Of a stretch of DNA of 64,000 nucleotides, positions 12,001-23,179 are shown piece by piece (position 1 is the stretch's first letter; every line of letters starts with the position of its first letter). Position numbers and translations under genes: made by a program. Location of the stretch: contig NIVC01002111.1 in the NCBI GenBank assembly GCA_002269645.1, positions 7,099 to 71,098 of the forward strand, in the 5' to 3' direction. Below the pieces are notes generated by a model. That model made no database searches. It worked only from the letters and a program-made list of their open reading frames with translations, and was not told where the DNA came from. The stretch comes from Macrostomum lignano. Taxonomy: Eukaryota.

Positions 12001-15000
12001 CCTTTGATGTCTCGACAATAATCCATATTTATCATTTTAACTTGTTAACAGCGGAATACTTTTGATGTCCCGACACCTCTAATCTCTTATTTTGAACTTA
12101 TAATATAATGCTAGCATTAATAGTCGATACCCAAATTCTTATCAAAACAACTCAATTTGCAGATTGAAGATCAAAGCCGGTCTGGGCGAAGCGCCGTTCA
12201 ATCCGTACGGAAACCGGCCGACAACGGCCAGCCGACAGGAGGGCGCCCGACAGGCTCTGGGACAGGTGAATAATGCTTTTTAAAGAGACGAATATTCTGA
12301 GAAACTGACAAGGTGTTTTTCTGCACTAGCTGATGAGTTCATGAATGAATAAGTTCACAGAATCATTCAGACAATTTTTGTGTGACTGTCGCGTCACCTG
12401 ACCTAGTTGACCCTAGTTCGATTACTAATTAATTTGAGGCTTACGAGGGCCAACCCCCAAGACATGCCTGATGGTTAGGAAGTCAACGGGCCACTGTACA
12501 TCCTCTATGAGCGCGTGCCTGCGTACAGTGTTGGCACACTTGAATGTGCTCAGGACTCTGCGGAATGTGCAGAATTGCATCATCAGCACTGGTTGTGGAA
12601 CGATGTCAAGTGGGATTTCGCAGCATCCAATAAGCGATATACTTTGATCAAATAACAACAGGTGCTTCGCGAGCAGGACGACGAGAGGCACATGCCGTCG
12701 GGCCTCGACGCCCACGTGTGGCAGCGCTTCTGCCAGCTGAGGCGGGCCAAGCGCGAGAAAGAGCTGCTGATTGGCGACATGACCCTGGCGCTGTCCGAGT
12801 TTCAAGCGTTTGTCACTAAGCGCGAGTCTGAGTACAACCAGATGCAGTCTGATGCAGAGAACTTGAAACTGCTGCAGGTGAGTGCTTGGTCTCCGATTAA
12901 CGCTAAAGTACCATAAGAGAGAGAGAACGAGATAGGGAGAGAGACTGAGATGAAGGGAGAGAGACTGAGATAAAGGGAGAGAGACTGAGATAAAGGAAGA
13001 GAGACTGAGATAAAGGGAGAGAGACTGAGATAAAGGGAGAGAGACTGAGATAAAGGGAGAGAGACTGAGATAAAGGGAGAGAGACTGAGATAAAGGGAGA
13101 GAGACTGAGATAAAGTTGGAGAGACTGAGATAAAGTTGGAGAGACTGAGATAAAGGGAGAGAGACTGAGATAAAGGGAGAGAGACTGAGATAAAGGGAGA
13201 GAGACTGAGATAAAGGGAGAGAGACTGAGATAAAGGGAGAGAGACTGAGATAAAGGGAGAGAGACTGAGATAAAGTTAGAGAGACTGAGATGAAGGGAGA
13301 GAGACTGAGATAAAGGGAGAGAGACTGAGATAAAGGGAGAGAGACTGAGATAAAGGGAGAGAGACTGAGATAAAGGGAGAGAGACTGAGATAAAGGGAGA
13401 GAGACTGAGATAAAGGGAGAGAGACTGAGATAAAGTTGGAGAGACTGAGATAAAGGGAGAGAGACTGAGATAAAGGGAGAGAGACTGAGATAAAGGGAGA
13501 GAGACTGAGATAAAGGGAGAGAGACTGAGATAAAGGGAGAGAGACTGAGATAAAGTTGGAGAGACTGAGATAAAGTTGGAGAGACTGAGATAAAGGGAGA
13601 GAGACTGAGATAAAGGGAGAGAGACTGAGATAAAGGGAGAGAGACTGAGATAAAGGGAGAGAGACTGAGATAAAGGGAGAGAGACTGAGATAAAGGGAGA
13701 GAGACTGAGATAAAGTTAGAGAGACTGAGATAAAGGGAGAGAGACTGAGATAAAGGGAGAGAGACTGAGATAAAGGGAGAGAGACTGAGATAAAGGGAGA
13801 GAGACTGAGATAAAGGGAGAGAGACTGAGATAAAGGGAGAGAGACTGAGATAAAGGGAGAGAGACTGAGATAAAGGTAGAGAGACTGAGATAAAGGGAGA
13901 GAGACTGAGATAAAGGGAGAGAGACTGAGATAAAGGGAGAGAGACTGAGATAAAGGGAGAGAGACTGAGATAAAGGGAGAGAGACTGAGATAAAGGGAGA
14001 GAGACTGAGATAAAGGGAGAGAGAGACTAATAAGATACAGGACAATACAATAGATACAGTATAGCTTCTTAGCCGCCAAGCAATTGTAACAATCTGCTTC
14101 CAGGAGCAACTAGCCAATCAGCGAGCCCAGTTCGCTAACAACCTGGAGGTGCAGCTGCTGGTCAAGCAGGGTCAAGTAGAGGTCGAACCGCGCGACGACT
14201 TTATCATTGACTTCGCCGACAGCCTTCTGCTCAGCCGCGGTGTAGTGGAGGACCTCAATAGCAAGATCAAGACCCTGGGCGAGGCCAAGGTGCGGTTCAT
14301 GGAGGAGGCCAAAGACTCCAAGAAGACGTTCCGCCGACTCGAATGGGAACTCCGCGGCATGCGGATGGACGCCGAGGATCTCATTAATAAGCTGCGCGAT
14401 ATTAATAGCTTCAAGATAACGCGCGAAATTCAGAGGGTAGGACTAAGATCTTAGTGCATTTAAAAGTTATACTACTTACTAGAATCTTTTGATTTGAGTA
14501 GTTACATTTGGACAGAGCAAGACTTATCTGATGTTACGCAAAATGCATATAATCCAGTCTCATTGTTAAGCTCCAGTGGCCCTTCCTGACACCAATATCC
14601 AGTGACAGTTTTATACTGCAGTGGCCCTTCCTGACACCAATTTCCAGTGACAGTTTTATACTGCAGTGGCCCTTCCTGGCACCAATATCCAGTGACAGTT
14701 TTATACTGCAGTGGCCCTTCCTGACACCAATATCCAGTGACAGTTTTATACTGCAGTGGCCCTTCCTGACACCAATATCCAGTGACAGTTTTATACTGCA
14801 GTGGGACTTCCTGACACCAATATCCAGTGACAGTTTTATACTGCAGTGGCCCTTCCTGACACCAATTTCCAGTGACAGTTTTATACTGCAGTGGCCCTTC
14901 CTGACACCAATATCCAGTGACAGTTTTATACTGCAGTGGCCCTTCCTGACACCAATTTCCAGTGACAGTTTTATACTGCAGTGGCCCTTCCTGGCACCAA

Positions 15001-16823
15001 TATCCAGTGACAGTTTTAAACTCCGGTGGCCCTTCCTGACACCAATATCCAGTGACAGTTTTATACTGCAGTGGCCCTTCCTGACACCAATATCCAGTGA
15101 CAGTTTTATACTGCAGTGGCCCTTCCTGACACCAATATCCAGTGACAGTTTTATACTGCAGTGGGACTTCCTGACACCAATATCCAGTGACAGTTTTATA
15201 CTGCAGTGGCCCTTCCTGACACCAATATCCAGTGACAGTTTTATACTGCAGTGGGACTTCCTGACACCAATATCCAGTGACAGTTTTATACTGCAGTGGC
15301 CCTTCCTGACACCAATATCCAGTGACAGTTTTATACTGCAGTGGGACTTCCTGACACCAATATCCAGTGACAGTTTTAAGCTCCAGTGGGCCTTCCTGAC
15401 ACCAATATCCAGTGACAGTTTTAAGCTCCAGTGGCCCTTCCTGACACCAATATCCAGTGACAGTTTTAAGCTCCAGTGGCCCTTCCTGACACCAATATCC
15501 AGTGACAGTTTTAAGCTCCAGTGGCCCTTCCTGACACCAATATCCAGTGACAGTTTTAAACTCCGGTGGCCCTTCCTGACACCAATATCCAGTGACAGTT
15601 TTAAACTCCGGTGGCCCTTCCTGACACCAATATCCAGTGACAGTTTTAAACTCCGGTGGCCCTTCCTGACACCAATATCCAGTGACAGTTTTAAACTCCG
15701 GTGGCCCTTCCTGACACCAATATCCAGTGACAGTTTTAAACTCCGGTGGCCCTTCCTGACATCAATATCCAGTGACATTCTTGAACTCAGTTTTAATTCA
15801 CCTATTTACACCCAATTTCAGTACCTGTCAACTGAGGATTACGACGGCTTGATCAACAGCGAGATTCAGAAGCTGGACCAGGCAATCGAGCTCATGAAAA
15901 AGGTTGGTTATAAAATATAGAGGACATTTAGCTAGACTGACTACTATTAACGAATAAAATATTTCTTCAAACCTACAAAAATATCTGCTCCAGCATCACG
16001 CCAAAATGATTGAGATGAAACAAGCCAGGCTGAAGGAACTGTCCGAGGTGAAATCTGGACAATTGGCCAAGAGAAATGAGCGACTAGACGCTGAGCTGGA
16101 GGAAATGAATGTTGGCGTTAACGAACGAGTGCACATCGAGGAGACTAATGGTGAGAGTGCATTGGGAATGCTGACGGCTGCATACGGATTCAGCTAGACT
16201 GTGTGCTAAGCTGCTATAAAGTTTTGCAGACACAGGGGAATGAGAAAGAATTGGGATACGAAGAGAAACCGAGACAAGGGAGATGAGGAAAAAGGAGAGG
16301 CGAGAGGAGATGGGACGAGAGAGAGACAGGAGGGAAGAGGAGAGAGGAGAGAGGAGAGGATAAAGGCGAGAGGAGATGGGACGAGGGAGAGACAGGAGGG
16401 AAGAGGAGAGAGGAGAGAGGAGAGGATAAAGGCGAGAGGAGATGGGACGAGAGAGAGACAGGAGGAGAGAGGAGAGGATAAAGAGGAGAGGAGGGGAGAG
16501 AGAGAGAAGAGGGGAGAGGGGAGAGAGGAGATGAGAGAGGGGAGAGGAGCTAGGAGTTAGAAATGATCCAAAGGGAGAGATTAAGAACGCATGGAGGGAG
16601 AGATCTAAACCGATATTATAAAAAGAGCAACTGGAACTGGCCGCCAATTGCAGCGGAGAAACGTGACGAGTCGCACGCCGCCAAGAAGCGGTACGAGCAG
16701 ATTCTGCAACGCCAGCGACTTGTTGACCTGGCCAAAGCTCAAGCCAAAGAGGTGGCGGTGCTCAGAGCTGAAGTTGAACGGCTTCGAATGCGCACCTTCC
16801 CCGCCCTGGTGCACACCAAGTAA
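1..16823 (+). CDS. CFAP43: Cilia- and flagella-associated protein 43 (WDR96), multi-exon, 5' end outside window
   Basis: Manual GT/GC-AG model with consistent phases. Exons: <1-241, micro-exon array 597-2508, 2724-2963, 3413-3574, 4150-4277, 4410-4842, 5780-6052, 6790-6862, 8364-8455, 9374-9787, 10421-10543, 11355-11740, 12163-12265, 12662-12877, 14104-14436, 15822-15902, 15994-16150, 16654-16823 (TAA). Peptides [62 protein letters not shown] and C-terminal [15 protein letters not shown] match CFAP43 family motifs as I recall them. AATAAA near 17022 and 17075. Confidence 0.93.
290..505. repeat. Intronic minisatellite, ~14-bp unit CCATAGACTCTCTA
   Basis: Tandem copies in the CFAP43 intron 242-596. 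Confidence 0.9.
597..2508 (+). CDS. CFAP43: Predicted array of symmetric phase-0 micro-exons of CFAP43
   Basis: AG-bounded, GT-ended, stop-free exons, all multiples of 3: 597-656 ([20 protein letters not shown]), 792-818 (ENFLEELKK), 989-1018 ([10 protein letters not shown]), 1155-1190 ([12 protein letters not shown]), 1353-1403 ([17 protein letters not shown]), 1590-1610 (FMELYKK), 1805-1855 ([17 protein letters not shown]), 1995-2033 (weaker; [13 protein letters not shown]), 2207-2233 (LEKYSKLRQ), 2326-2352 (IHRKHEEES), 2452-2508 ([19 protein letters not shown]). Confidence 0.72.
3620..4110. repeat. Intronic minisatellite, ~69-bp unit, ~7 copies
   Basis: CTGACATCCACCCACGCCTCTGCCCCTCTGCCCTAGATAACTTC... 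repeated inside intron 3575-4149. Confidence 0.95.
4920..5690. repeat. Intronic minisatellite, ~31-bp unit CTAGGAATGGGATAATCTTGTTAGGGATTTT
   Basis: Tandem copies filling intron 4843-5779. Confidence 0.95.
6324..7763 (+). CDS. CFAP43: Two further predicted symmetric micro-exons of CFAP43
   Basis: 6324-6362 is 39 nt, phase 0/0, aag|[13 protein letters not shown]|gtaaac. 7743-7763 is 21 nt, phase 1/1, caacag|(V)ITDKAS|gtaaat. Each matches the phase of its host intron. Confidence 0.6.
7030..7360. repeat. Intronic minisatellite, ~28-29-bp unit CCTGTTCTCCCTCAGAAGTCCCTGACAT
   Basis: Tandem copies with alternating variants. Confidence 0.9.
8720..9250. repeat. Degenerate intronic minisatellite (GGGATTTCCCAGAATTCACACA-like) with a nested 22-bp GACTTCCCATAGACTCGCACAAGAAA-like run
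   Basis: Visible tandem periodicity in intron 8456-9373. Confidence 0.8.
9825..10310. repeat. Intronic minisatellite, 16-bp unit GTGAATGGGTGAACCT
   Basis: Near-perfect copies 9870-10140 that decay at the edges. Confidence 0.95.
10640..11250. repeat. Intronic minisatellite, ~21-23-bp unit AAGGCGCCGATTTGGGTGTCTCA
   Basis: Tandem copies in intron 10544-11354. Confidence 0.9.
11790..12090. repeat. Intronic minisatellite, ~57-bp unit
   Basis: TTTGATGTTCCGACACCGTTTCTTATCTCTCATTTTTAACTTG... about 5 degenerate copies. Confidence 0.85.
12920..14025. repeat. Intronic minisatellite, 20-bp unit GAGAGACTGAGATAAAGGGA, ~55 copies
   Basis: Highly homogeneous tandem array. Confidence 0.97.
14565..15778. 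repeat. Intronic minisatellite, 45-bp unit, ~27 copies
   Basis: CCTTCCTGACACCAATATCCAGTGACAGTTTTATACTGCAGTGGC; explains the spurious 414-aa ORF. Confidence 0.97.
16255..16555. repeat. Purine-rich (GAGAG/AGGAG) repeat in last CFAP43 intron
   Basis: Almost purely A/G with a ~62-bp internal duplication. Confidence 0.85.
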
Positions 16824-17514
16824 TTACAATACCCGGGCAGACTATAAACAAAACTCTTATCTGACTACTGCTGTGACTCAATTTCGATTAAGTAGTATAA
16901 ATAGCGCAAGGAGTTCTGCCGGATATTTTTGTGTGTACTTATATAAATGCTGTGTTTAAGAAGATTTAATTTATGATAGCGTATAATCCAAACAAAACCA
17001 CGGTTCCTCTTTTACTATGACCAATAAACCACTATAAAAAACTATTATTATAATCTATCTTTTTTAAAGATTTAAATAAATTTCTGACACTATTTTAAAA
17101 TTTTAAAATATCACCTTAAAAGAAGTTAAAAGAAGAAGAATGACTTCAGTCATTTAAGGTTAATAACGTTCGCATTATTGGCATAATGTATACACTTAAA
17201 GCAGCGCATCTTACTTATATGTTTATAGTTGTTTATTGTTTTTCAAATACTACAATATGAAATTACTGAGATTATTAATTTATTCATAATCGCAATTTCT
17301 GTATAAACTGCAAACAGGTTAGACATTATAACCGTAACAGGAAAATAGTATAAAGTTATTAATTAAGAAAGTCAAAACAGACAATGTATGGCATGTTTAT
17401 AAAAATGTTTACCTTAATTCAAAATCAACACGTAAATATTGTATATACCAGGGTTTGGCAAAATTATTACTTAAAGGGCCAGACAGAGAGCCTAAAGCAT
17501 GACTGCCGGCCGGA

Positions 17515-18730
17515 ACAGGGGAGAGAGGAAAGGGAATTGAGAAGAGAAGGGATATAGGGGAAGGGAGAGACGAGGGAATACAAGAGAAAAGAGGAGAGGA
17601 GATAACATAGAGAGGAGAGAAGAGGAGAGGAGCGGAGAGGAGAGGAGCGGAGAGGAGAGGAGCGGAGAGGAGAGGAGCGGAGAAGAGACGAGAGGAGAGG
17701 AGAGAGGAGAGAGGAGAGGAGAGAGGAGAGAGGAGAGGAGAGAGGAGAGAGGAGAGGCAAGAGAGGCGAGAGAGAAGAGGAGAGGAGAGGAGAGGAGAGA
17801 GGAGAGAGGAGAGAGAAGAGAGGAGAAAAAAGGAGAGTAGAAGAGACGAGAGGAGAGGAGAGAGAGAGGAGAGGAGAGAGGAGAGAGGAGAGAGAAGAGA
17901 GGAGAAAAGAGGAGAGTAGAAGAGACGAGAGGAGAGGAGAGAGAGAGGAGAGGCAAGAGAGGCGAGAGAGAAGAGGAGAGGAGAGGAGAGGAGAGAGGAG
18001 AGAGGAGAGAGAAGAGAGGAGAAAAAAGGAGAGTAGAAGAGACGAGAGGAGAGGAGAGAGAGAGGAGAGGAGAGAGGAGAGAGGAGAGAGAAGAGAGGAG
18101 AAAAGAGGAGAGGAGAGGAGAGAGAGAGGAGAGGCAAGAGAGGCGAGAGAGAAGAGGAGAGGAGAGGAGAGGAGAGAGGAGAGAGGAGAGAGAAGAGAGG
18201 AGAAAAGAGGAGAGTAGAAGAGACGAGAGGAGAGGAGAGAGAGAGGAGAGGCAAGAGAGGCGAGAGAGAAGAGGAGAGGAGAGGAGAGGAGAGAGGAGAG
18301 AGGAGAGAGAAGAGAGGAGAAAAAAGGAGAGTAGAAGAGACGAGAGGAGAGGAGAGAGAGAGGAGAGGAGAGAGGAGAGAGGAGAGAGAAGAGAGGAGAA
18401 AAGAGGAGAGTAGAAGAGACGAGAGGAGAGGAGAGAGAGAGGAGAGGCAAGAGAGGCGAGAGAGAAGAGGAGAGGAGAGGAGAGGAGAGAGGAGAGAGGA
18501 GAGAGAAGAGAGGAGAAAAGAGGAGAGTAGAAGAGACGAGAGGAGAGGAGAGAGAGAGGAGAGGCAAGAGAGGCGAGAGAGAAGAGGAGAGGAGAGGAGA
18601 GGAGAGAGGAGAGAGGAGAGAGAAGAGAGGAGAAAAGAGGAGAGTAGAAGAGACGAGAGGAGAGGAGAGAGAGAGGAGAGGCAAGAGACGCGAGAGAGAA
18701 GAGGAGAGGAGAGGAGAGAAGATTAAAGAG
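17515..18730. repeat. Polypurine/polypyrimidine satellite built from GAGAG pentamers with ~83-bp higher-order units
   Basis: Recurring marker motifs GAGTAGAAGAGACG and GGCAAGAGAGGCG at regular spacing. Confidence 0.92.
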
Positions 18731-18857
18731 AGCAACGCTGAGAAGAGATGTAAACGTACGTTTAGCGGTCCGGATTGCTACTGTGAAGTTTCAAATGACC
18801 CGAGGGCCGAATAGAGAAGCTTTGCGGGCCGGAGTTTGCCGACCCCTGGTATATAAT

Positions 18858-18909
<52 letters not shown>

Positions 18910-18910
18910 T
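18858..18910. repeat. (AAT)n microsatellite
   Basis: About 17 perfect AAT units. Confidence 0.97.
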
Positions 18911-19141
18911 TGAAAATTTTTGCCGAGGAATAAAAATAGAAACCTTGATGACATCTGCGAAGCGGCACAATAGCGAGATGGATTTATTGAATTTTGCCAT
19001 AAAATAAAAAACACACTTTACACTTAGAAATAGATTATCAAATACCCACGTATTGACCACAATGGTCTTGTGGTGGAAACTTCAAAATGTTTTCTATAGG
19101 TATTTAATAGAAACAGAACAAAGCATATACTACTCACTCAG

Positions 19142-20569
<1,428 letters not shown>

Positions 20570-23179
20570 TTACTGAAAATATGAGTAACAGTTATATAGC
20601 ACCCACAAATGCAAATAAATATTAGTGCTTTATATATTTTACACAATTATTGAATTCAAAACTATTCAATAAGTAAAATTTAGCATGTTAATGACCCTTG
20701 ATTATAATTAAACCTTGAACTTTTTATTTACAGAAAATATAAGAAACCTTAGATAAGTCACAGACACTTATGTATCTTCAATTAGACCTACAGATTGTTT
20801 TAAATTTTTACCAACTGTATATTACCAGTATATGCTATATTCTAAAAATAGGTTTTTAGCCCTAATAGGACAATAATAAGCCTTAGTCTATCTATTCAGT
20901 TGCCTAGGAAAATAGCCTTATTTTTAACACATTTAAAAAAATTAAAATATAACAAAATCATTATAGGGTTACTTTATTGGCATAGTAAAAAGTTCATTTA
21001 CTTTATTTGATAAGCAACCTTTATACAAGCCATAAAATATCCATGTATATTGTTCAGAATAATATCTTTAGACAATTTTCTAATCTATTCTACAAATTGA
21101 AGGATGTAATACATATAGCCCTAGGTATAATAACCCTTATTTTATGTATTTTATATTTTACATAATTTACATATTTTACAACAAATTTACAAAATTTTTA
21201 GAATTCATGCAGACTCAATATGCTATGCCAGTTTTATGCTAATAAAGATTCTATTCTGATTCATTATGCACCAAAGTTGTGACAGCACTGCATATGTCAG
21301 GGACCTTATGTGCTAGGGACCTTAGTGTGCGCCATGATTGTCCAGGATAGAATTCTTGCACGAAAATTGCAACGCATTTTTGCGTTTGGGAAAAAAATTG
21401 CATACCTGTACAGGCTGCAAAAAATGTGACAAAAATTGCAAATTATTTTGTGACCGTTTGCACAGTTTAAATTACTGATTTTACAGTATTAAATGTTGAA
21501 TTACTACAAAAACATTACAACGTAACATTTTAGGGCATTTCCGCCAATTAGGCACTATCGGAAAATTACACTTCAACAAACAGAAAATGATGAATTGTAG
21601 CTTAAGCCAGCTAATTGAAGTCAAACAAGGACTTAAACTGAAAAATACAACCACTTTTGCTCAATTTAAAGCTATTTAAAGATTGTTAATCGCAAAATTA
21701 ATGTTGAATAAACCATTTTAAACTTACGTAGACGCCACTTTTTTGGATGTCCAAACACACAATTTTTAACTTCAACATTGAATAAAAGAGCGAAAAAAAC
21801 ATTCTTGATAGTAATTCTCTTTGTTTCATGAAAAAAACACATTAAACTTTGTTAAAATCATTCCTTTTCGTCACAAAACCTGCAAGAAGTCATTGATTTT
21901 TGTCAGTTTTCTTGCTATACCAAAAAGTATAAACGGTAAGTTTTTGCATCATTTGTACTCATGTTGTACCCTCTCATTTACTCATAAGGCTTTCAATCTA
22001 CACGTTTTTTAGCTTAAATGAAGGAAAACATCTTTGCGATGATGTATCAGTATATTTTTTAGCAATAGAATTTGCTTAATACATTTTTCTAAGACATTAA
22101 TTTTTTTTCGATGTGACATCTTAACCACAAGATTGTACTCATGTTGTACCCAATAATTTTTTTAGTGCTTTTCATTAGCTGAGAACGATATATTTATGGA
22201 TTGCCGACATACAGAGCTTCACAAAAAGTGGTCTGCTGAACCTTAATCTGTCAAAATACCTTAAATATTAACATTTAAATGTAGTAAGCACACTACTTAC
22301 ACGAGATGTATTTTCATGTTGTACCCTTTATTTTATTTTTCGCTAGTTTTTTTTCTCAAAATCAGTCTTACAAGACTATCATTAAGTATAAAAGCTGGAA
22401 AATAAAACAGTTTCACATTAATTTCTTGTTTATTTATCAATAAAAATGTAATTTACATTTTGCACTATAGTATGTAGATATTAATTTACATAGTACTAAA
22501 TCAATTTTCCCCACATTTACTTGTAATATTGCTTCAGAAAAACTTTCTCTAGATTGTGGAAGCATATGCATTTCTTGCTGCTTGCAAAGTTGCACTGGAA
22601 CTTCTGAATAATTACGGTGATCGGCAAGTTACTGAAAAGTAAAATTAGAGATTTACGTTCGGTATATCGCGCAGAAAAAAACATTTTGACAAAGTTAAAA
22701 AATATCGTATGAACTTATGCGCAAAAATAACAAAATCTGAATTAAAAAGTTGATTAAAAGCATTAAGAAACAATTAAAAAATTATTGACTGAAAGAAAGT
22801 TAATTATAAGCAAGCAATTACGCCTCAATATAAAATTTTATGCTCCTACGGTATTAATCGTCTTCTTAAATCAGTATAACTTTTATCGGCAACTTTTATT
22901 GTTACCAGAAAATTTCTTGTGCTTCTACAAGATAAAAAAATAAATTTAATAACAAATTCTAGTTAGATTTCCTGTTTTCAACATTTTTCTTCTTCTTTGC
23001 ACACTCGGACACAATTTGTGTCCCTATTTGGCGGAAATGCCCTTTATAGTTTGTTTTTTACAAACTATTCAAATTTAAATTTTTTTACTTTAAAAAACAA
23101 AGATAATCAGTTTTCTATTTATTGTAACGAGTCGTCTGAAAATGAGAGTATAAGACTATCGCAAAACATTATTTTGACA

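Noticed and set aside
12430-12650. C-type-lectin-like peptide ([17 protein letters not shown]) in a CFAP43 intron
   Set aside because: In-frame stop, the key Cys after WND is missing and the match is too short; part of it belongs to the dispersed repeat.
13276-18735. Long ORFs of 277, 414, 422 and 281 aa
   Set aside because: They are translations of intronic or intergenic tandem repeats that happen to lack stops; no coding signature.
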